DNA from: an uncultured Eubacteriales bacterium
GTDB lineage: Bacteria; Bacillota; Clostridia; Christensenellales; CAG-138
Length of the DNA stretch: 64,000 nt
Assembly: GCA_902765005.1 (NCBI GenBank)
Contig: CACWYB010000004.1
Coordinates: forward strand, 95,179 to 159,178
Direction of reading: 5' to 3'
Below the pieces are notes generated by a model. That model worked only from the letters and a program-made list of their open reading frames with translations, ran no database searches and was not told the DNA's origin. Shown here piece by piece: positions 35,559-52,278 of this stretch (position 1 is its first letter; every line of letters starts with the position of its first letter). A program made the translations under genes and the position numbers.

Positions 35559-37172
35559 ATGATACCTGTGATGATCCCCGCTCTCAAGCGGTCGCTGGAC
35601 GACACAGAGGAATCCTTCCGCCTGTCCGTCGCCCGCCAGCTGAATGTGGACGCCGGCGACATCGGCCGGGTGCGTATCCTGCGGCAGGCGGTGGACGCCC
35701 GCAAAAAGGAGGAGGTCTTCTTCAGCGTACATTGCCTGGTGGACCTGCCTCCCAAGGCGGCCCGCCGGATCCTTGCGGACAGGAAGCTTCACGCCCAGCC
35801 CTATGCCCCGGAAAAGGAAACGCCCCTTGTCCACGGGACCGCCCCCCTCAAGGGCCGGGTCCTGGTGGTGGGCATGGGTCCGGGGGGCCTGTTCGCCGGC
35901 TGGCTTTTGGCCCGGGAGGGCTATCGACCCCTGGTCATCGACCGGGGCAAGGCCATGGAGGATCGGGTCCGGGACGTGGAGGCTTACTGGCAGACGGGCC
36001 GCGCCGATCCGGAGAGCAACCCCCTCTTCGGCGAGGGCGGGGCGGGCACCTTCTCCGACGGCAAGCTCACCGCCCGCAGCAAGGACCCCCGCTGCAGCAC
36101 GGTGCTGGACGCCTTCCTTGCCTGCGGCGCCCCGGAGGAGATCGGCTTTCTCGCCAAACCCCATGTGGGCACGGACAAGCTCCGCCAGGTGGTCAAAACC
36201 CTCCGGCAGCAGATCGTTTTCCTGGGCGGCCAGGTGCGCTTCTCCACCCGCCTGGAATCTATCCACACCCAGGACGGGGCCGTCAGCGCCGTGACCCTGG
36301 TCCATGAGGGCCAGCGGGAAAAGGTGCCGTGCGGGGCCCTGGTCCTGGCCATCGGCCAGGGGGCCCGGGACACCTACAGATACCTTTTCGACAGCGGTTT
36401 TGCCATGGCCCCCAAGCCCTTTGCGGTAGGGGTCAGGGCGGAGCATCCCCAGGCCCTTATCAACGAGAGCCAATACGGGCCCTTTGCCGGTCACCCCAGG
36501 CTGGGGGCGGCGGACTATAAGCTCACCTGCCAGGCTCAGGGCCGGGGGGTCTATTCCTTCTGCATGTGCCCGGGGGGCTTCGTGGTGGGCGCCGGGGCAG
36601 GGAAGGGGCAGATGGTGGTCAACGGCATGAGCAACTTCGACCGGGCCGCCCAAAACGCCAATGCCGCCCTGGTGGTCCAGGTGTTCCCGGAGGACTTCGG
36701 CAGCCACCCCCTGGACGGCATGGCTTTCCAGCAACGGCTGGAGCAGGCCGCCTGGGATCTGGGGGGCGGGGAAGGGCTGGCCCCCGCCTGCCGGTTGGAG
36801 GATTTCATGAAGGGCCGGGCCACCGCCCGGTTCGGGGCCGTTTCGCCCAGCTTTCGCCCCGGGGTCAGAGGGGCGGATCTGAACGGGTGCCTGCCGCCCT
36901 TCGTGGCGGACGGGCTTCGGGAGGCCCTGGTCACCTTCGCCCGGCAGATCAAGGGCTTCGATATGCCTGACGCGGTGCTCACCGCCGTGGAATCCCGCAC
37001 CAGCGCCCCTCTGCGCATCCTGCGGGATGAAACCATGCAGTCCCCCACCCATCGGGGGGTATACCCGGTGGGAGAGGGGGCGGGCTACGCCGGGGGCATC
37101 GTCTCCTCCGCGGTGGACGGGCTGAAGGCGGCGGAAGCCATCATTTCCCATTTTCAGCCGGAAGCACGGTGA
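35559..37172 (+). CDS. FAD-dependent protein (COG2509-like uncharacterised dehydrogenase)
   Basis: Dinucleotide fold [34 protein letters not shown], and CMCPGG. Confidence 0.75.
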   Translation: MIPVMIPALKRSLDDTEESFRLSVARQLNVDAGDIGRVRILRQAVDARKKEEVFFSVHCLVDLPPKAARRILADRKLHAQPYAPEKETPLVHGTAPLKGRVLVVGMGPGGLFAGWLLAREGYRPLVIDRGKAMEDRVRDVEAYWQTGRADPESNPLFGEGGAGTFSDGKLTARSKDPRCSTVLDAFLACGAPEEIGFLAKPHVGTDKLRQVVKTLRQQIVFLGGQVRFSTRLESIHTQDGAVSAVTLVHEGQREKVPCGALVLAIGQGARDTYRYLFDSGFAMAPKPFAVGVRAEHPQALINESQYGPFAGHPRLGAADYKLTCQAQGRGVYSFCMCPGGFVVGAGAGKGQMVVNGMSNFDRAAQNANAALVVQVFPEDFGSHPLDGMAFQQRLEQAAWDLGGGEGLAPACRLEDFMKGRATARFGAVSPSFRPGVRGADLNGCLPPFVADGLREALVTFARQIKGFDMPDAVLTAVESRTSAPLRILRDETMQSPTHRGVYPVGEGAGYAGGIVSSAVDGLKAAEAIISHFQPEAR

Positions 37173-37254
37173 AATTCGTCTAAAATTCAAAATAATCATC
37201 AACAAAACCGTTTTTCTATTTCCTTTTCCGCGCGCGTATGGTATATACAGAGGT

Positions 37255-40200
37255 ATGAAAAAGCAACTGTGTCTCTTCATAGCCCTCGTCATGGTTGCGG
37301 GGCTCATATCGTTCCCGGTCAGCACCTTCGCCCAGGATGACCCCGTGCGGGTCCTGCTGAGCACGGAGGGACGGGATGTTTTGACCTTGACCCTTTCCGG
37401 CACCTATACCGCCAACGGCGTCACCCTCACCGGCGGTACATTGACGGTGGCCGTGTCCGGCATGGACGTGGTGGCGACCCACGATCAGCAAGGAGAGCTG
37501 TTCACCGGGGAACGCTTCACCCTGTCCGCCGCCGCGGAAGCCGGGGAGGACGCCTGCTTCACCCTGGCCACGGCCGGGGCCAAGGAGCGTCAATACAAGG
37601 GCGACGTGACCTTCGATGTGTCCGCCGGCGCCGTGCGGGCGGTGAACACCGTGGGCATGGAGGCCTATATCGCCGGGGTGGCCGTGCCCGAGGTGGGCAA
37701 GAACGCCGCCGAAGCCCTGCTCAAGGCGGCCATGGTGGCGGCCAAGGGCTATGCCCTGGCGGAGATGGGCGTCAGCGGCAGCAAGGCCTATGACGTGGAC
37801 GATACCTCCGCCGATCAGGTCTACAACGGCTATTTCCCCACGGCGGATCGGGTCAACGCCTGCGCCGCGGAGGTGGCGGGGGAGACCCTGCTCTACAACG
37901 GCCAGCCCATCAAGACCCACTACGGCTCCAGCAACGGCGGTGTCATCCTGACACCCAAGGCCAAGTGGGGCGGCGGCCAGGCCTATTCCGGCGCCTACGA
38001 GTGCAAGTTCGATCCCTTTGACATCACCCGCACCGAGGTGGTGAACCTGATGATCCCCGTCACGGGGAACGCCCCTGAGACCCTGCCCGAGAAGCTCTAT
38101 GAATACCTGCTGTCCAAGGCCGGCGGCGACGCCATTTTGGCCATCGACGCCCTGGAAGGCTACTGCAGCAAGAGCGACGCGCCCGCGGGCTACGCGCCCC
38201 AGGATGGCTTCACCGCCACGCTCCAGGTGCGCCGGGGGGCTTCCGCCGCCACGGAAACGGTGCAGGTGACCTTCGACGAGCTGTCCAAGAACAAGATCGT
38301 CCTGAGCGACAACAGCGTCCGCTTCGCCACCCAGGTGAGCAGCGGCAGCTGGCTCCTCTGCTGGGGCCAGAGCAAGGGCTCCCGGGTGGGCCTGTCCCAG
38401 AAGGGGGCGGCCCGCATGGCGGATCTGGGCTACAGCTATGCGGACATCCTCAAGTTCTACTATCCCAACGCCGTCCTGACCCGCAGCGACGGGACCGTGG
38501 TCCCTTCCCAGGCTGACCTTTCCACCGCCGCCGTCATGCAGAAGCTGCAGAGCGCGGGGAATCGGAGCATCACGACCACCGGCTATGTGAACGCCGAGAA
38601 CGTGCAGCTCATGAGCAAGGCCTCCTCCAGCGCGGATGTGTGCGCCCGGCCCACCACGCTCAGCCGCTTTGGCATCTATCAGAAGCAGGGGGATTGGTAC
38701 TTCGGCATCGACCTTACCACCGGCGTTCAGGGCTGGGTCCACAAGAGCCAGCTCACCGAGGGCGAGCCTCCCGCCGACCTGCCCACCCCCACCAGCACCC
38801 CCAGCCCCTATGTGAACCTGTCCAGCAGCGTTCTCCACGCCCCGGAGGATCAGCCTGACGACACCGTCATCGGCACCGTCAACACCGACGGCGTGAACGT
38901 TCGTCAGGAGCCCTCCAAGGACAGCGAGAAGCTGGCCCAGTGCAACAAAGACGACCAGGTCTACATCTTCCACCGCACCGGAGACTACTACTACGTGCAG
39001 CTCCCCGGCACGGAGATCAAGGGGTATATCCTGACCAAGTATGTGGACACGGAGAACGAGCAGGATATCCCCGAGGTCACCCCCGAGCCTACGGAGGAGC
39101 CCACGCCGACCCCCACCGAGGAGCCCACGCCGACCCCCACGGAGGAGCCTACGCCAACCCCCACGGAGGAGCCTACGCCGACTCCCACGGAGGAGCCTAC
39201 GCCGACTCCCACGGAGGAGCCCACGCCGACCCCCACGGAGGAGCCCACGCCGACCCCCACGGAGGAGCCCACACCGACCCCCACGGAGGAGCCTACGCCG
39301 GCCCCCACGGAGGAGCCTACGCCGACTCCCACGGAGGAGCCTACACCGACCCCCACCGAGGAGCCCACGCCGACCCCCACGGAGGAGCCCACGCCGACCC
39401 CCACGGAGGAGCCTACGCCGACCCCCACGGAGGAGCCTACGTCGGCCCCCACGGAGGAGCCTACGTCGGCCCCCACGGAGGAGCCTACGCCGACCCCCAC
39501 CGAGGAGCCCACGCCGACCCCCACGGAGGAGCCCACGCCGGCCCCCACGGAGGAGCCTACGCCGACCCCCACGGAAGAGCCTACGCCGGCCCCCACGGAG
39601 GAGCCCACGCCGGAGCCCACGGAAGAGCCTACCCCCGAACCCACCCCTGTCCCCACGGACACTCCGTCGCCCGCGCCTACGGACACCCCGTCGCCCACGC
39701 CCAGCGGTCCGCCCAAGGAGCCCACCCAGGAGATGATCGACAAGGCCGTGAAGGGCAAGCTCATCAAGAGCGGCGTCAACATGCGGGAAGGCCCCAGCAC
39801 CAGCTATAATCTGGTGGACAGCGGGCTAAAGAGCGGCACCGTGGTCACGGTCTACGGGTCCTACGGGTCCTTCTACTTCCTCCGGGTGGACAGCACCAAG
39901 AAGTATGGCTACATCTCCAAGCAGTTCATCCGGCTGGATACGGACGACGACGATGACGACGAGCCCGAGCCCACCAAAAAGGCCACGGCGGAGCCGGCCA
40001 TCCGGCTGAGCCAGGGCGATGTGAACGGGGACGGCCTGGTTTCCGCCGCGGACGCGGCCCTGGTCATCCGCTATGACGCCGGCCGCATCGATCTAAGCGA
40101 CGCCCAGCTCAAGGCCGCCGACATGGACGGGGACGATCAGGTCACCACCATGGACGCCAAGGCCATCCTGCGCTACGTGGCCAGCCGCATGATCCGGTAA
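37255..40200 (+). CDS. Secreted SpoIID/LytB-domain protein with SH3-like domains, long PT-rich repeat linker and C-terminal dockerin
   Basis: Signal peptide [26 protein letters not shown]. SpoIID block seen ([34 protein letters not shown]). SH3b-like segments flank about 23 EEPTPTPT units. The C-terminus carries [20 protein letters not shown]...[19 protein letters not shown]. Confidence 0.8.
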   Translation: MKKQLCLFIALVMVAGLISFPVSTFAQDDPVRVLLSTEGRDVLTLTLSGTYTANGVTLTGGTLTVAVSGMDVVATHDQQGELFTGERFTLSAAAEAGEDACFTLATAGAKERQYKGDVTFDVSAGAVRAVNTVGMEAYIAGVAVPEVGKNAAEALLKAAMVAAKGYALAEMGVSGSKAYDVDDTSADQVYNGYFPTADRVNACAAEVAGETLLYNGQPIKTHYGSSNGGVILTPKAKWGGGQAYSGAYECKFDPFDITRTEVVNLMIPVTGNAPETLPEKLYEYLLSKAGGDAILAIDALEGYCSKSDAPAGYAPQDGFTATLQVRRGASAATETVQVTFDELSKNKIVLSDNSVRFATQVSSGSWLLCWGQSKGSRVGLSQKGAARMADLGYSYADILKFYYPNAVLTRSDGTVVPSQADLSTAAVMQKLQSAGNRSITTTGYVNAENVQLMSKASSSADVCARPTTLSRFGIYQKQGDWYFGIDLTTGVQGWVHKSQLTEGEPPADLPTPTSTPSPYVNLSSSVLHAPEDQPDDTVIGTVNTDGVNVRQEPSKDSEKLAQCNKDDQVYIFHRTGDYYYVQLPGTEIKGYILTKYVDTENEQDIPEVTPEPTEEPTPTPTEEPTPTPTEEPTPTPTEEPTPTPTEEPTPTPTEEPTPTPTEEPTPTPTEEPTPTPTEEPTPAPTEEPTPTPTEEPTPTPTEEPTPTPTEEPTPTPTEEPTPTPTEEPTSAPTEEPTSAPTEEPTPTPTEEPTPTPTEEPTPAPTEEPTPTPTEEPTPAPTEEPTPEPTEEPTPEPTPVPTDTPSPAPTDTPSPTPSGPPKEPTQEMIDKAVKGKLIKSGVNMREGPSTSYNLVDSGLKSGTVVTVYGSYGSFYFLRVDSTKKYGYISKQFIRLDTDDDDDDEPEPTKKATAEPAIRLSQGDVNGDGLVSAADAALVIRYDAGRIDLSDAQLKAADMDGDDQVTTMDAKAILRYVASRMIR
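39088..39640 (+). repeat. 24-nt in-frame tandem repeat (EEPTPTPT), about 23 copies
   Basis: GAGGAGCC(C/T)ACGCCGAC(C/T)CCCAC(G/C) is reiterated head to tail. Variants PAPT, SAPT and PEPT are present. Confidence 0.95.
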
Positions 40201-40214
40201 AGATACGCGTAAAA

Positions 40215-40247
40215 GCTCCCGTCGCCTCGGGCGGCGGGGCTTTTTTT
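40215..40247 (+). terminator. Rho-independent terminator
   Basis: GCTCCCGTCGCC-tcg-GGCGGCGGGGC followed by T7. Confidence 0.7.
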
Positions 40248-40269
40248 GCGGATCGGCCGTGAAAAAAGC

Positions 40270-40297
40270 TTGCGTCGGCGAAAAAATGTGATATACT
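40270..40297 (+). promoter_or_regulatory. Promoter with extended -10 upstream of typA
   Basis: TTGCGT, 16-nt spacer, TGaTATACT. Confidence 0.45.
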
Positions 40298-40348
40298 ATT
40301 ACGGTTTTCAACAAGCACTACGGTATATATCTTTTTCGAGGAAAAACA

Positions 40349-42080
40349 ATGGAAATCAGAAACGTTGCGATCATCGCCCATGTTGACCATGGCAAAACCA
40401 CCCTGGTGGATCATCTGCTGCAGGACGCCGGCGTGCTGCGCCGCAGCGAGGTGGGCGTGGATCGAGTTATGGACAGCGGCGATCTGGAGCGGGAGCGGGG
40501 CATCACCATCCTCTCCAAGAACACCGCCGTCAGCTACGGGGACGTGCGCATCAACATCGTGGACACCCCGGGCCACGCCGATTTCGGCGGCGAGGTGGAG
40601 CGCATATTGCAGATGGTGGACGGCGTGCTCCTGCTGGTGGACGCCTTTGAGGGCTGCATGCCCCAGACCCGCTTCGTGCTGAAAAAGGCCCTGGAGCTGG
40701 GGAAGGTGCCCGTGGTGGTCATCAACAAGGTGGATCGCAGCGACGCCCGCCCCGACGAGGTGGTGGACGAGACCTTGGAGCTGTTCATCGAGCTGGGCGC
40801 CACCGCCGAGCAGCTGGATTTCCCCATCGTCTATGCCTCCGCCCGCAACGGCATGTCCGGATATGAGGTGGACCGGCTGGAGCACAGCATGAAGCCCATC
40901 TTTGACACCATCCTCAAGTACATCCCCGCCCCGTCCATGGACGACACGGCGCCGCTACAGATCCTCTTCTCCACCATCGACTACGATGATTACGTGGGCA
41001 AGATCGGCGTGGGCCGCATCGAGCGGGGAATCGCCCGCCGGGCCCAGAGCATCGTTCTCTGCGGCGGCGAAAACAACAAGGTCCGCCCCGCCAAGATCAC
41101 CCGGCTCTATCGCTTCGAGGGCCTGCACCGGGTGGAGGTGGAGGAGGTCCATGCCGGCGACATCGTCTGCATGGCCGGCGCCGATGATCTGAACGTGGGC
41201 GAGACCGCCTGCGATCCAAACTGCGTGGAGCCCATGCCCTTCGTGCACATCGATGAGCCCACGGTGAGCATGCTCTTCAAGGTGAACGACAGCCCCTTCG
41301 CCGGCAAGGAAGGCCGGTATGTGACCAGCCGCAACATCCGGGAGCGGCTCTTCAAGGAGGTCAAGACCAACGTGTCCATGCGGGTGGAGGAGACCGAGTC
41401 CACCGACACCTTCAAGGTCAGCGGCCGGGGCGAGCTGCATCTGTCCATCGCCCATGGAGGAGCTGACGGTGGACGTGCCCACGGAGTTCATGGGCCCGGT
41501 CATGGAGAAGCTGGGCGCCCGCAAGGGCGAGATGACGGACATGACCGCCATCGGGGACCTGAGCACCCGGGTGAAGTTCCTCATTCCCGCCCGCGGCCTG
41601 ATGGGCTATCGGAGCGAGCTTCTGACCGACACCAAGGGCAACGGCGTCATGAGCCATATCTTCGCCGGGTACGACACCTACAAGGGGCCCATCGAGAGCC
41701 GCAGCAGCGGCAGCCTGGTGGCCCACGAGACCGGGGACACCAGCAGCTATGGCCTGTTCTATGCCCAGGACCGTGGCCGGCTCTTCGTTGGCCCGGGGAT
41801 CCCGGTGTATGAGGGGCAGATCGTGGGCGAGAACGCCCGGGACGAGGACATCGTGGTGAACGTGTGCAAGAAGAAGCACGTGACCAACATGCGGGCCGCC
41901 GGGTCCGACGAAGCGCTGCGCCTCACGCCGCCGGTGATCTTCACCCTGGAGCAGTGTTTGGAGTTCATCGCCGACGACGAACTGGTGGAGGTCACGCCCA
42001 AGAGCATCCGCATGCGTAAAAAGATCCTCTCCAAGGAGCAGCGCATGAAGCTGGCGGCCCGGGGGATCAAGGATTTTTGA
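40349..42080 (+). pseudogene. typA: typA/bipA translational GTPase interrupted by an internal deletion plus frameshift (or assembly error)
   Basis: From 40349 to about 41450 the sequence is clear TypA ([28 protein letters not shown] ... GRGELHLSI). Homology resumes in another frame at 41454 (EELTVDVPTEFMGPVMEKLGARKGEM ... DDELVEVTP) and runs to 42080. About 30 residues normally lying between these blocks are missing. Confidence 0.75.
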
Positions 42081-42096
42081 TTTAAGCTTTTTATCT

Positions 42097-42245
42097 GCAC
42101 CTTTTTTCTCTTTAGTAAAGAGAAAAAAGGTGCCCAAAAAAGAGAAACGCAGGAAGGGAGCGGCTTTACTCGCCGGTCCCTCTTTTGTTTTCCTGGCTTT
42201 TCTTTTTGCGCCGCTTTTTCTTTTCGCCCGAAAAGAAAAAGCGGC
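42097..42245. repeat. Composite repeat, mixed module types
   Basis: GCACCTTTTTTCTCTTTAgTAAAGAGAAAAAAGGTGC, CCAAAAAAGAGAAAC, a degenerate central segment, CTTTTCTTTTT, then GCCGCTTTTTCTTTTC-gccc-GAAAAGAAAAAGCGGC. Confidence 0.85.
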
Positions 42246-42301
42246 ATAAAAGAAGCCCCAAAGAGCCATCCTAACTCCATTCCATGGAAGGAGGTTTTCA
42301 A

Positions 42302-42466
42302 ATGGAAAAGAAACAGACCATCGGCTGCGACGTGACCAGCTGCGCCTACAACCACCAGGGCCAGCGATGCGACCTGGATCACATCGAGGTCAGCAGCCGC
42401 TGCCAGGACTGCGGCCGGGAAAACGAGAGCCTGTGCGCGTCCTACCGCTGCGAAACCGAAAGATGA
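42302..42466 (+). CDS. DUF1540-like small Cys-rich protein
   Basis: ATG 42302 follows GGAAGGAGG. It reads MEKKQTIGCDVTSCAYNHQGQRCDLDHIEVS... Confidence 0.65.
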   Translation: MEKKQTIGCDVTSCAYNHQGQRCDLDHIEVSSRCQDCGRENESLCASYRCETER

Positions 42467-42488
42467 ATACCTGCCCCGCATAGGGGCC

Positions 42489-42520
42489 GGCGCCTCTTCC
42501 TGGAAAGGGGCGCCTTTTTT
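42489..42520 (+). terminator. Rho-independent terminator
   Basis: GGCGCCtcTTCC-tg-GAAAggGGCGCC followed by T6. Confidence 0.75.
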
Positions 42521-42586
42521 GTTGCCCGCGGGCCATGACGAAACCACAAAATGTTGGACGAAGGCACAATTTATTTCCTATTATAG

Positions 42587-42615
42587 TTTACAAACACAAC
42601 AACATATGGTATAAT
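42587..42615 (+). promoter_or_regulatory. Promoter upstream of recF
   Basis: TTTACA, 17-nt spacer, TGgTATAAT. Confidence 0.65.
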
Positions 42616-42642
42616 GCTGTATTCTTCTGGGGGTATGGGCTT

Positions 42643-45722
<3,080 letters not shown>

Positions 45723-45751
45723 TAGCGTAATAGCGCAGAGGTTTTAGATAT

Positions 45752-48217
<2,466 letters not shown>

Positions 48218-48339
48218 ATCAGCCCATTGCGGCGGGAATGTATACAGAGTGTAAAATCTGACCCCCGCCCATTGGAAGGAGCTCCCCCTGTATGCTATGA
48301 TACAGCGAACGACTATTATTCAGGAAACGAGGAAAGGGA

Positions 48340-51300
48340 ATGAAGCGTAGGCGCGCGCAAGCGGCGTTGGTCAAGCCTGCCGTAGCGATCATATTGGTGC
48401 TGCTGCTCATCATCGGGGTGAGCTGGGCCTCCTGCCACAAGAAGAAGGCAGCCCAGACCACCGAATCGGTCCAGCTGACCACGGACATTGTCATCAGCGA
48501 GATCATGGCCAGCAACACGGGCATCGTCTCCGACGGAGCGGGGAACCACCCGGACTATGTGGAGATCCACAACACCTCCGCCCATGAGCAGGACATCTCC
48601 GGCTGGGGCCTCTCCGACCGGGAGGATAGGCTCTGGGTCTTCCCCGACAGAACGGTGCTGCCCCCTGACGGCTATATCCTGGTCTGGTGCACCGGCGAAG
48701 AGGTGGAAAACGCCCTCATCGCCGACTTCAAGCTCAGCGCCGGGGACGTGATCCGGCTCACCAACGCCGGCGGCGAGCCCCTGTTCACCATGGAGATTCC
48801 CTCCATCTACACCGGCTATACCCTGAGCTGGGACGACGTGGGCAAGCAGTACACCCAGATGCTGCCCTCGCCCCTGTTTCCCAACACCCCGGCCGGCATC
48901 GCCGCCTATGAGGAGAGCCGGAAGCTGGGCGAAAACAACACGCCGCTCAGCGTGGGTACCACGGCCCAGCACAACGGGGTCTATATCTCCGAGCTCATGG
49001 CCCGCAACGGCACCACCACCGCCGGTCCCAACGGCCTGTATCCGGATTGGATCGAGCTGTTCAACACCACCAACGGCCCTGTGGACCTCTCCGGCTGCGG
49101 CCTGAGCGATGACATCCGCAAGCCCTATACCTACACCTTCCCTGCCGGCACCACCATCGGCGCCGGGGAGTATCTGCTCCTTTGGTGCATGCCCGAGGCG
49201 GTGGAGGGCTATATCTCCCTGCCCTTCAACCTGTCCGGCAGCAAGGGCGATTCCCTGATCCTGGTGGATCAGAACGGCGGCATCCTGGATATGTGCGAGT
49301 TCGGCGCCCAGGAGAAGGACTACAGCCTGATCCGCGGCTACACCGCCACTGGCGAGCTGGACACGGCCGCCGGCTTTGTCTCCTCCGACAAGCCCACCCC
49401 CGGCTATCCCAACACCACCGCCGGCTACAACGCCTTCGACAAGCAGCGGAACCCGGACGTGGGCGTCCACGACATCACCTTCTCCGAGGTCCTGTCCGAC
49501 GGCTACCGCTACAAGCTGGACAGCAAGGGCGTGCCCGACGACGACGATCAGGGCAAGTGGGTGGAGCTCTACAACCGCTCCGATCAGAGCGTGGACCTAT
49601 CCGGCTACTCCCTCTCAGACAACGAGAAAAAGCCCACGAAATGGGTTTTTCCTGAGGGAACGAGTATCGCCGGGAAAGGATATCTCATCCTCTACATGAG
49701 CGGCAGCCTCCCGCTGGAGGGCCAGAAGGAGAGCACCGTCACCGCCGAGATGAAGGCGCGGACGCTGAACTTCTCCGTTTCCGCTCAGGGGGAGACACTC
49801 TATCTCTACGACAACAACAGCACCCTCATCGATCGGGTGAGCGTGCCTGCCTGCACGGCCTGCGTGTCCTACGCCAAGGTGGGGGACACCTGGGGCCTGT
49901 GCGACACCCCCACCCAGGGAGCGGCCAACACCGCACCGCTGAAGGGTACGGCCTACTGCCACGCCCCGGAGGCCTCTTTGGCCAGCGGCGTTTACCACGG
50001 CACCCAGACCGTGAGCATGGAGATCCCCGCCGGGACCTACGTGACCTACACCCTGGACTGCACCACCCCCACGGAATCCTCCACCCGGTATCGGGCCGGG
50101 GAGCAGCTGACCTTCAGCCAAAACGCCGTGCTGCGGGCCCGGGCGTTCAGCGAGGACGGGAGCCTGTATAAGAGCCCGGTGATCTCCAACACCTACATCA
50201 TCGTAGGCGACACCCAGACCACTGACGCCCACGACTCCACTCTCCCCGTGTGCTTCCTGGTCACGGATCCGGACAATCTGTTCAACGTGGATTACGGCAT
50301 CTACGTGGTGGGCAGCCACTACCAGGGCAAGACCGCGGCCACGGAGTGGACCACCCCGGCCAACGACCGAAAGCTGGGGGCCAACTACAACCAGCGGGGC
50401 CGGGAGTGGGAGCGGCAGGCCCATTGGACCTACACCAGTCCCGGGGGACAGGGAGTGCTCTTTGAGCAGGATCTGATGATCCGCATCTTCGGCGCCTTCT
50501 CCCGCTACCAGAAGCAGCGAAACTTCGCCCTCATCGCCCGCAAGGGCTTCGGCGGATCCACCTTCGACTATCCGTTCTTCGCCAACAGGCCCTTTGAGAG
50601 CTATGAATCGCTGGTGCTCCGCTGCTCCGCCAAGGACGCCGTGGCCACCAAGATCCGGGACATCCTGATCACCGGCCTGGTGGAGGACGCGGGGCTGGAC
50701 ACCTGCATTCAGGCCTATGTGCAGACCGCCCTGTATCTCAACGGCCAGTACTGGGGATGCTACAATCTCAGGGAGAAGGTGAGCCGGGCGTTCCTGGCCC
50801 AGCACTACTCCGTCACCAACAAGGACAGCATCGATGTGCTCAAGGGCAACGGCGTGTACGTATCCGGGAATCCCTCGTGCGTGGACGACTATAACGCCCT
50901 CATCAAGTACTGCGAGAACAAGAACTGCGATTTGAGCAACTACGGGGACTATGAGTACGTCTGCTCCCAGATCGACGTGGAGAACTACGCCCTCTACTGC
51001 GCGGTGGAGGTCCTGGTGGGCAACAACGACTCGGGCAACATCAAGTGGTGGCGCTCCAGCGAGAAGGACAACAAGTGGCGCTGGATCCTCTACGACTTCG
51101 ACGATGCCATGGCCCGGAACGACGAGAAGGAGGACGCCTACACCAACGGCTATCGGCGCGACTTCTTCACCAAGTATTTCAACCCCAAGGGGCATGGCGC
51201 CGGCCAGGGCTTTTCCACGGTCCTCTCCCGGTCCCTGCTGAAGAACAACGACTTTGTGGAGATCTTCCTGCGGGCCTGCGCCCAGGTGGTGGACGCTTTT

Positions 51301-51546
51301 GCTCCCGAGAAGATCACCGCCAAGGTGGACGCCCTCTCCGGGAACATCGCCTCGGAGATCGAGTGGGATTTCCCCCGCTGGAGCCTGACGGTGAAGAACT
51401 GGAAAGCCCATCTGAACAACGTGAAGGGCTATGCCACCCACTACCAGGAGTACTACTTCAAGTATCTGAAGGCGTACATCAAGAAGAACACCAACTATAA
51501 GCTGACGGACCAGAAGATGCTGGATATCTTCGGCCGAACCGAGTAA
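48340..51546 (+). CDS. Membrane-anchored protein with three lamin-tail (LTD) domains and a CotH kinase-family domain
   Basis: Signal anchor AVAIILVLLLIIGVSWA. There are three LTD-like units (ISEIMASN..PDYVEIHNTS..ISGWGLSD; ISELMARN..PDWIELFNTT..LSGCGLSDD; FSEVLSDG..KWVELYNRS..LSGYSLSDNE). The C-terminal half shows CotH-like blocks (LRCSAKD..IRD, LNGQYWGCYNLREK, WRWILYDFDDAM). Confidence 0.75.
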   Translation: MKRRRAQAALVKPAVAIILVLLLIIGVSWASCHKKKAAQTTESVQLTTDIVISEIMASNTGIVSDGAGNHPDYVEIHNTSAHEQDISGWGLSDREDRLWVFPDRTVLPPDGYILVWCTGEEVENALIADFKLSAGDVIRLTNAGGEPLFTMEIPSIYTGYTLSWDDVGKQYTQMLPSPLFPNTPAGIAAYEESRKLGENNTPLSVGTTAQHNGVYISELMARNGTTTAGPNGLYPDWIELFNTTNGPVDLSGCGLSDDIRKPYTYTFPAGTTIGAGEYLLLWCMPEAVEGYISLPFNLSGSKGDSLILVDQNGGILDMCEFGAQEKDYSLIRGYTATGELDTAAGFVSSDKPTPGYPNTTAGYNAFDKQRNPDVGVHDITFSEVLSDGYRYKLDSKGVPDDDDQGKWVELYNRSDQSVDLSGYSLSDNEKKPTKWVFPEGTSIAGKGYLILYMSGSLPLEGQKESTVTAEMKARTLNFSVSAQGETLYLYDNNSTLIDRVSVPACTACVSYAKVGDTWGLCDTPTQGAANTAPLKGTAYCHAPEASLASGVYHGTQTVSMEIPAGTYVTYTLDCTTPTESSTRYRAGEQLTFSQNAVLRARAFSEDGSLYKSPVISNTYIIVGDTQTTDAHDSTLPVCFLVTDPDNLFNVDYGIYVVGSHYQGKTAATEWTTPANDRKLGANYNQRGREWERQAHWTYTSPGGQGVLFEQDLMIRIFGAFSRYQKQRNFALIARKGFGGSTFDYPFFANRPFESYESLVLRCSAKDAVATKIRDILITGLVEDAGLDTCIQAYVQTALYLNGQYWGCYNLREKVSRAFLAQHYSVTNKDSIDVLKGNGVYVSGNPSCVDDYNALIKYCENKNCDLSNYGDYEYVCSQIDVENYALYCAVEVLVGNNDSGNIKWWRSSEKDNKWRWILYDFDDAMARNDEKEDAYTNGYRRDFFTKYFNPKGHGAGQGFSTVLSRSLLKNNDFVEIFLRACAQVVDAFAPEKITAKVDALSGNIASEIEWDFPRWSLTVKNWKAHLNNVKGYATHYQEYYFKYLKAYIKKNTNYKLTDQKMLDIFGRTE

Positions 51547-51558
51547 AGGAAGGCAGCC

Positions 51559-52245
51559 ATGGAATACAGGCATGAAATCAAATACCTGATCAGCCTGGGG
51601 GAGGCGGAATATCTGGCCACCCGGCTGCGGCTCACCCTGTCCCAGGACCCCTACGCCGTCAAGAACGGAGGGACCTACTTCATCCGCAGCCTCTACTTCG
51701 ACACGCCCTTCGAGCGGGCCGTGGAGGAGAAGACGGACGGCGTGGCGTTTCGGGACAAGTACCGCATCCGCATCTATGATATGTCCGACAAGACCATCAA
51801 GTTCGAGCGCAAGCACAAGAACGGCCAGTTCATCGGCAAGCAGAGCCTGCTCCTTACCCGGCAGCAGACCGAGGCCATCCTGGCCGGGGAGTACGGCTTC
51901 CTCCTCCATCGAAAGGAGGACTTCGCCGCCGAGCTCTATGCCGCCCTTCGAACCGAGGGCTGGCGGCCCCGGGTCCTGGTGGATTACGATCGGGAGCCCT
52001 TCGTCTTCCCCCTGGAGGACGTGCGCATCACCATCGATCGGAACATCCGCACAGGCCTTCGCTGCACGGACCTGTTCAACCCCCATGCGCCCACCTTCCC
52101 CGCCACGGAGTTTGAGGACGCTTGCATCCTGGAGGTGAAGTTCGACCGCTACCTGCCCGGGTACGTGCGCTCCCTCATCCAGGTGGACGCGGCCAGCCAC
52201 ACGGCGGCCAGCAAGTATCTCTTCTGTCGTCAGTTTGATTTTTAA
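51559..52245 (+). CDS. VTC-domain (polyphosphate polymerase-like, triphosphate tunnel) protein
   Basis: MEYRHEIKYLIS..., YFIRSLYFDT, YRIRIYD, and KFERKHK alternating basic beta-strands, as in VTC/CYTH tunnel domains. Confidence 0.7.
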   Translation: MEYRHEIKYLISLGEAEYLATRLRLTLSQDPYAVKNGGTYFIRSLYFDTPFERAVEEKTDGVAFRDKYRIRIYDMSDKTIKFERKHKNGQFIGKQSLLLTRQQTEAILAGEYGFLLHRKEDFAAELYAALRTEGWRPRVLVDYDREPFVFPLEDVRITIDRNIRTGLRCTDLFNPHAPTFPATEFEDACILEVKFDRYLPGYVRSLIQVDAASHTAASKYLFCRQFDF

Positions 52246-52278
52246 TATATTGCGCAAACGCAGGAAAAGGAGAAAACA

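Noticed and set aside
38991-39800. ORFs encoding PRRS.. (39041-39736, +), GAHADPHGG.. (38940-39809, +) and GVGSSV.. (38991-39800, -) repeats.
   Set aside because: They are alternative-frame and antisense readings of the 24-nt EEPTPTPT repeat inside the SpoIID-dockerin gene. Only the PT frame is continuous with flanking recognisable domains.
41461-41812. The C-terminal ~120 aa of ORF 40349-41812 as a novel TypA extension.
   Set aside because: The sequence (HGGADGGRAHGVHGPGHGEAG...) is out-of-frame noise, while the authentic TypA C-terminal half is encoded in the overlapping frame 41454-42080.
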